From: Candidatus Limivicinus sp. | GTDB taxonomy: Bacteria; Bacillota; Clostridia; Oscillospirales; Oscillospiraceae | Assembly: GCA_045546335.1 (NCBI GenBank) | Contig: JAZQCO010000084.1 | Location: 564 to 64,563, forward strand | DNA length: 64,000 nt | Reading direction: 5' to 3' | Shown here: positions 59,567 to 64,000 of the stretch, in pieces | Numbering within the stretch: position 1 is the first letter of the stretch | Layout: each line of letters starts with the position of its first letter | The notes under the pieces: model-generated | The model's input: the letters and a program-made list of their open reading frames with translations, nothing else | What the model was told of the DNA's origin: nothing | Databases searched by the model: none | Made by a program: the position numbers and the translations under genes

Positions 59567-60232
59567 TCAGTAGCCCTTCTTGCCGCTGGCGGGCTGGCCG
59601 TAGGACTTGAAGCCCTCAAACACCTCGTCCATCTCTGCCTTGCCGAGGACGAAGGGCTGGCCGATGCACATCGCGCGGTACTGGAGTTCCGCAATGTACT
59701 CGAGGTTCTTGGCCAGGCCGAAGGCGCTCTTGAGATTCTTGCCGCAGACGATGATGCCGTGGTTCGCGAGCAACACCGCGTCTCCGTCGCCGCAGGTTTT
59801 CACCGCGTCGTTAGCCAGCTCCGGCGTGCCGAAGGTGTGGTAGGGAGCGCAGGGGATCTCGTAGCAGTTGGCATCGGCGAGGACATAGTGCACGGCCTCA
59901 ATGGGCTTTCTGAGTACCGCGAAGGTGGTGCAGAAGCGGGAGTGGGTGTGAACGATGGCGCGGCAGGAGGGTTTGTGCTTATAAAACTCGGTGTGCATGT
60001 CCCACTCGCTGGAGGGCTTGCGCTTGCCGTCAACCACATGGGACTCGAGATCCATGATCACGATGTCCTCGGGCGTGGTCTCCATGTAGCCGATGCCGGA
60101 GGGCTTAATCGCCATGAGACCCAGCTCGGGGTTATAGATACTCTGGTTGCCGCTGGTGCCGGGGCAGAGGCCCGAGGTGCTCATCTGCTTACCGATTTCC
60201 ACCATCAGTTCACGTTCTTCCTGCATTAACAT
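59567..60232 (-). CDS. class II aldolase, L-fuculose-1-phosphate aldolase-like
   Basis: 221-aa ORF with a GGAGG RBS. Co-linear with FucA as recalled: GTSGNQS, KPSSEWDMHTEFY, IVHTHS, IEAVHYVLADANCYEIPCAPYHTFGTPELA, LLANHG and FEGFKSYG. Confidence 0.85.
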   Translation of the reverse strand: MLMQEERELMVEIGKQMSTSGLCPGTSGNQSIYNPELGLMAIKPSGIGYMETTPEDIVIMDLESHVVDGKRKPSSEWDMHTEFYKHKPSCRAIVHTHSRFCTTFAVLRKPIEAVHYVLADANCYEIPCAPYHTFGTPELANDAVKTCGDGDAVLLANHGIIVCGKNLKSAFGLAKNLEYIAELQYRAMCIGQPFVLGKAEMDEVFEGFKSYGQPASGKKGY

Positions 60233-60251
60233 AGTAAGGTTCCTCCGTTTT

Positions 60252-61706
60252 TTATAGTATAGTGTCAGTAACGGGATTCATGGCCAGGCGCTGGCGGCTC
60301 CACTGCCGGTGGTATTTCCAAATGAGCGGGTTTTCCTGCGGCGTGTATACACGCTCTCCCCTGTCGCCGCCGAGGGCGGTTTCGTCGTGCAGCGCCTCGT
60401 TGCACAGCGCCACAAGGCCGAAGATCGTCGCCTGCTCAAAGCCGGGCTTCAGGTGCAGCGCAAGCCCCGACAGATCGGTGATCATCCGGCACAGCGCTTC
60501 CGAACGCAGTCCGCCGCCGCAGCCCAAAATGTACTTGCTCTCGTGACCGCTCAGCTCGCGCAGACGCCAGAGTTGCTCGTAGATGCCGCAGGCGCTGTCC
60601 GCCAGCACGGCCCAGAGCATATCCACTTTGTCGAGTGGTTCGGGGAAAGGGCTCGGCATATAAAAACCGCCGGAGCGGAGGGAACGCCGCTCATAAAACA
60701 GCAGGGACGTGAAGGACGCCGTGCAGCGGAAGTCCTTCTTTTCCCGGTAGAGGCGCTCCAGCTCTTCGTAAGGGGTATCGGGCGCGAGGAACTCCTTGGC
60801 CCGCTGGTAGTTGAGGCCGGTCACGCCGGGGTTCATCTCAATAAGATAGCCCTTGGCGCCGAAGTTTGCGTCCACCCACACGCGCTGCTGCTGATCGCAG
60901 AGCTTGTGCCCGGTCAGGGCGGTGACGGGAGCCGTCGTCCCGGCGACGATGGCGATGTCCCCGGGCTTTATGCCGGTCTGCAGCAGCGCTGCCTGCGTGT
61001 CGGCCCCGCCCGCGATAAAGATCGCGTCCTCCGCCATACCGAACTCTTTGCGGCGCTCAGGCAGGATGGAGCCGACACACTCCCCGGCGTTTATGAGCGG
61101 GGGCAGCAGGGCGGGATCGACACCGTAGGCCGCGCAGAGCTCTTTGGACCACTGCTTTGTGCCGAGGTCGTAAAGCTGCGTCTCGCAGGCCTGGGAGGGC
61201 TCAAACACCGAAAGACCGGTGAAGAGCTTCGCGATGTGTCCGCTGAGAGAGAGGACCGTGCCGATGCGGCTGTAGAGCTCCGGGCGCTTTTTGCGAAGAC
61301 CCAGCAGCTTTGCTGCGCAGAAATCCTCGCTCACCCATTTTCCGGAGCACTCATAGATCCACGGCTGGTCGCTGAGCGCCTTCATGAACTCGCGGCCGCG
61401 GTTGTCGATGTTAGGGAGCCCGTAGAAGGCCTGCCCCTCTCTGTCGAGCAGCACGATACTCTGCCTTGCACCGGCGGCGGAAACCGCGTCGATGCGGATC
61501 TCCGGGCACCGGGCATGCACCTCGCGGCAGCAGCGCAGGATCTCGGCCTCCCAGTCAGCGGGCAGAAAGTACTGCGCGTCGGGGTAGGCGTCGTCCCGGT
61601 AGTAACGGTTGAAGAAGCTGCACATGGCGAGGGTCTTCCCGTCGCTCCGCACGATGGCCGCCCGCGTGCTGCCGGTGCCCAGGTCGATAAGCAGATAGTG
61701 CCTCAT
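60252..61706 (-). CDS. FGGY-family carbohydrate kinase
   Basis: ATG at 61706 forms an ATGA overlap with the upstream stop. LLIDLGTGSTRAAIV (N-terminal ATPase motif), IAGGADTQAALLQTG and GCGGGLRSE. Confidence 0.85.
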   Translation of the reverse strand: MRHYLLIDLGTGSTRAAIVRSDGKTLAMCSFFNRYYRDDAYPDAQYFLPADWEAEILRCCREVHARCPEIRIDAVSAAGARQSIVLLDREGQAFYGLPNIDNRGREFMKALSDQPWIYECSGKWVSEDFCAAKLLGLRKKRPELYSRIGTVLSLSGHIAKLFTGLSVFEPSQACETQLYDLGTKQWSKELCAAYGVDPALLPPLINAGECVGSILPERRKEFGMAEDAIFIAGGADTQAALLQTGIKPGDIAIVAGTTAPVTALTGHKLCDQQQRVWVDANFGAKGYLIEMNPGVTGLNYQRAKEFLAPDTPYEELERLYREKKDFRCTASFTSLLFYERRSLRSGGFYMPSPFPEPLDKVDMLWAVLADSACGIYEQLWRLRELSGHESKYILGCGGGLRSEALCRMITDLSGLALHLKPGFEQATIFGLVALCNEALHDETALGGDRGERVYTPQENPLIWKYHRQWSRQRLAMNPVTDTIL

Positions 61707-62686
61707 TGCAGTACGTCGCGGTTGTAAACGATCCTGGCCAGCTCCTCGCCCGCAAGCCATTTCCTGAGCCGCGCGTTGAGAATATCCGCCTGGTGGTTGG
61801 TGACCTCATAGGAGGCGCCGCAGATATGCGGGGTCAGGATCGTGTTGGGGCAGTTCAGGATCTCCAGATCCTCGGGCGTGGGGGGCTCGTTGTCCAGTAC
61901 GTCGATGACGGCGCCGGCGATGGCCTTGTCGTTGAGAACGCGGATGAGAGCCTTGGTGTCCACCAGCGCCGAGCGGCCGGCGTTCACAAACAGGGCGTCC
62001 GGCTTCATGGAGCGCAAAAGCGCCTCGGTGACAAGACCGCGGGTGGAATCGCTCACCGGCAGGTGGAGGGAAACGATGTCGCAGGTCCTGAAGATCTCTT
62101 CCACGCTCATGGGGGTGTAGTGGCCGAAGGGGCGGCCCTTGTAGTCATAGTAGCAGACCTCGCAGTCAAAGCCGTCGAGGATCTTCGCCGCCGCCTGGGC
62201 GACCGCGCCGAAGCCCACCAGACCGACCTTCTTGCCCTGCAGCTCGTGGCCCATCCACAGGAAGTAGGGCGTGGTGCCCTGGACCCAGCCGCCGTCCTTG
62301 ACCCACTGGATGGACTCGAGCCCGTGGCGCAGGTGCATGATGATGAGAGCTACGACCATCTCGGCCACGGCCTGGTTGTTGCGCCCCGGCGTGCAGAGAA
62401 CGGGGACGCCTGCCTTCGTGCAGGCGGCGGTGTCGAGGTTTGCGGGGGTGGCGCGGCAGTCGCCGATCACCTTGAGCCCCTTGTAGCCCGCGAGTACCTT
62501 TTCGGTCACGCGGTCAAGCTCGGTGATCAGCACGTCCGGCTGCACCTTCAGCAGGTGTTCGAGCATTTCATCCTCGTAATAGCGCTCACCGGTTTCGGTC
62601 CACGGCTCGTACAGGACCTCGTCGAACATCTCTCTGAGCTCAGCCAGACGATTTTCGGGATAGGGAGCGCGTACATAGACTTTCAT
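61703..62686 (-). CDS. D-isomer-specific 2-hydroxyacid dehydrogenase family protein
   Basis: 327-aa ORF. GKKVGLVGFGAVAQAAA (NAD fold), LHLPVSDSTRGL, FVNAGRSALVD and LTPHICG (catalytic His). Confidence 0.85.
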   Translation of the reverse strand: MKVYVRAPYPENRLAELREMFDEVLYEPWTETGERYYEDEMLEHLLKVQPDVLITELDRVTEKVLAGYKGLKVIGDCRATPANLDTAACTKAGVPVLCTPGRNNQAVAEMVVALIIMHLRHGLESIQWVKDGGWVQGTTPYFLWMGHELQGKKVGLVGFGAVAQAAAKILDGFDCEVCYYDYKGRPFGHYTPMSVEEIFRTCDIVSLHLPVSDSTRGLVTEALLRSMKPDALFVNAGRSALVDTKALIRVLNDKAIAGAVIDVLDNEPPTPEDLEILNCPNTILTPHICGASYEVTNHQADILNARLRKWLAGEELARIVYNRDVLQ

Positions 62687-62715
62687 GGCAATCTCTCCTT
62701 TTTTATTTATTTTCT

Positions 62716-63768
62716 TTAATAAAAGGCTTTTACGTTGCTGTCAAAATAGCGCTCGAGCAGGTAGGGGACATAAACGCCCTTGTCCGTTACCACCCCGGAG
62801 ATGAACTGCGGCGGTACGACATCGAAGGAGGGGTAGACAGCCTTCACCTGCGGCAGACAGTTTGGAATGCCGCGATAGCGCAGCACCTGTTCGGGGTCGC
62901 GCATTTCGATGAGGATGTCGTCCCTCGTGTGCTTGTCACGGTCGGGGATCCCTGTTACATAGTAGGGGATACCGAAATGCCTGGCGAGAATGGCGATTTG
63001 AAGAGAACCGATTTTGTTGGCAATGTGCCCGTCGCGGGCGATCGTGTCGGCGGCGGAGGTGAAAAGTCCGATCTTTCCCTCCTGCATGGCCCAGGCGATC
63101 ATGTTGTCGGTCAGCACCGTCGTGTCAAAGCCCATCTCGGCAAAGCAGCTCGAGGTCAGCCGCGCCCCCTGAAGGTACGGCCTTGTCTCGGCGCAGAAAA
63201 CACGAAACTCCTTGCCCTGCTTCTTCGCCGCACGGATGACGGTGCCGATGATGGTCTCGCCAAAGCACTGGGTCAGGATGCTGCCGCCCGCGGGGATCAG
63301 CCTGCACAGCTCGTCGCCCACGATCTGCATGGTGCTGTAGCGGCGGTTTAAGGATTCCACCGTGGATTCCACAATGGCCTCGATGGGGTCGCGACCCTCT
63401 TCCAGCGCCTTTTCCGCAAGCTCTGCCGCCCGGAAGGTGATCTGCCCGTAGCGGTTCGCGGTGGTGGGGCGGGCATGTGCCAGATCATACGCCGCCTGTT
63501 TGAGAAAGGCAAGTTGCTTCTCCTTCGCCTCGCCGCGCACCTGAAAGGCCGCCAGCGCCATTCCCATGCCCACTGCGGTGTAGGGTCCCGCGCTCTGCGT
63601 CACCATGTCGGCAATGGCCTGAGCCACCTCCTGATAGCTCCCGCACTCGACGAAGCGCACTTCGGTGGGGAAAATCCGGCGGTCGAGGATGCGAACCTTG
63701 CCGGCCTCGTACCAGGCTACGTTTTCATATTTGAGCAGGAAGGGCATGCCCTCGTCCATGCGTACCAT
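62716..63768 (-). CDS. MtnA/eIF-2B-family sugar-phosphate isomerase-like protein (divergent)
   Basis: 350-aa ORF with a GAGGTG RBS. VRILDRR..P, ILTQCFGE (Cys at the MtnA catalytic position), AADTIARDGHIANKIGS (Asp at the catalytic position), YVTG and YPSFDVVPPQFISGVVTDKG. Confidence 0.75.
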   Translation of the reverse strand: MVRMDEGMPFLLKYENVAWYEAGKVRILDRRIFPTEVRFVECGSYQEVAQAIADMVTQSAGPYTAVGMGMALAAFQVRGEAKEKQLAFLKQAAYDLAHARPTTANRYGQITFRAAELAEKALEEGRDPIEAIVESTVESLNRRYSTMQIVGDELCRLIPAGGSILTQCFGETIIGTVIRAAKKQGKEFRVFCAETRPYLQGARLTSSCFAEMGFDTTVLTDNMIAWAMQEGKIGLFTSAADTIARDGHIANKIGSLQIAILARHFGIPYYVTGIPDRDKHTRDDILIEMRDPEQVLRYRGIPNCLPQVKAVYPSFDVVPPQFISGVVTDKGVYVPYLLERYFDSNVKAFY

Positions 63769-63779
63769 AGCGTATCACC

Positions 63780-64000
63780 TCATGCCAGAATCAGACGGAA
63801 GGCTTCCGTCAGCTCACGCCCCGCGCGGCAGCTCCTGCGGTTTTTGATGAGCGCAATGCCGAGCTTTATGAGCGCGCGCTCCATCGGGATACGCCGCCTC
63901 GGGTCGGAGACGGACGTGACCTCCATCACTTTGGAGTCGCCCACCGTGCGGCGGATGATTTCCGTGCCCGCGTACCCGGCGGAATCCGCCAGGATGCTGT
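63780..64000 (-). CDS. 3' end of an upstream gene (partial, unidentified), probably the first visible gene of the same operon
   Basis: Hand translation of the minus strand gives an open frame to the window edge, ending ...ADSAGYAGTEIIRRTVGDSKVMEVTSVSDPRRRIPMERALIKLGIALIKNRRSCRAGRELTEAFRLILA-stop. Its stop overlaps the RBS of the isomerase gene. Confidence 0.4.
   Translation of the reverse strand, partial: SILADSAGYAGTEIIRRTVGDSKVMEVTSVSDPRRRIPMERALIKLGIALIKNRRSCRAGRELTEAFRLILA

Overview
This is a GC-rich chromosomal segment (judged by eye; third codon positions are almost all G/C) from a spore-forming Firmicute. It most resembles a Clostridia/Oscillospiraceae-type anaerobe, an inference from the cotJ genes, an alpha/beta SASP gene, PFOR, gene order and the repeat families; no search was run. 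About 60 protein genes are supported and most are housekeeping. In order they are: tmcAL, prfA, a fused tsaC-coaE, an M18 aminopeptidase, a PI-PLC-like protein, an NSS transporter, a dnaD/dnaI-like loader pair, a U32 peptidase, maf-mreC-mreD-PBP2, mgsA-hisS-aspS, comM, an acyltransferase, thiI, cinA, a fused MacB-type ABC protein, tRNA-Arg(CCU), a cotJA-B fusion plus cotJC, a SASP gene, trxA, an Opp/Dpp-type ABC importer with an oversized lipoprotein receptor, a GAF (MsrC-like) protein, a rhodanese and a GPH symporter. These are followed by a UDP-GlcA/UDP-GalA plus priming-transferase block bracketed by c-di-GMP enzymes, PFOR, ridA, methionine gamma-lyase and a five-gene deoxy-sugar-like operon. 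Six things merit a second look. (1) A low-GC 1.7-kb islet sits in the 3' end of comM, bounded by a duplicated comM tail. It carries an XRE repressor with twin operators and a divergent two-gene operon of unknown function. (2) Two or three families of dispersed structured intergenic repeats are present: REP/REPIN-like GTAG-headed hairpin triplets, and long A-arm/T-arm palindromes enclosing GC mini-hairpins directly after stop codons. (3) An orphan consensus promoter plus intrinsic terminator brackets about 200 nt of non-coding sequence, a candidate sRNA. (4) A chimeric operon combines an MtnA-like isomerase, a 2-hydroxyacid dehydrogenase, an FGGY kinase, a FucA-like aldolase and an Fe-ADH, and runs on into methionine gamma-lyase, ridA and PFOR. 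(5) There are gene fusions (tsaC-coaE, cotJA-cotJB) and two out-of-frame tandem duplications. (6) No CRISPR array, rRNA gene, transposase or integrase was seen. All family assignments come from motif recognition in the translations, not from database searches.
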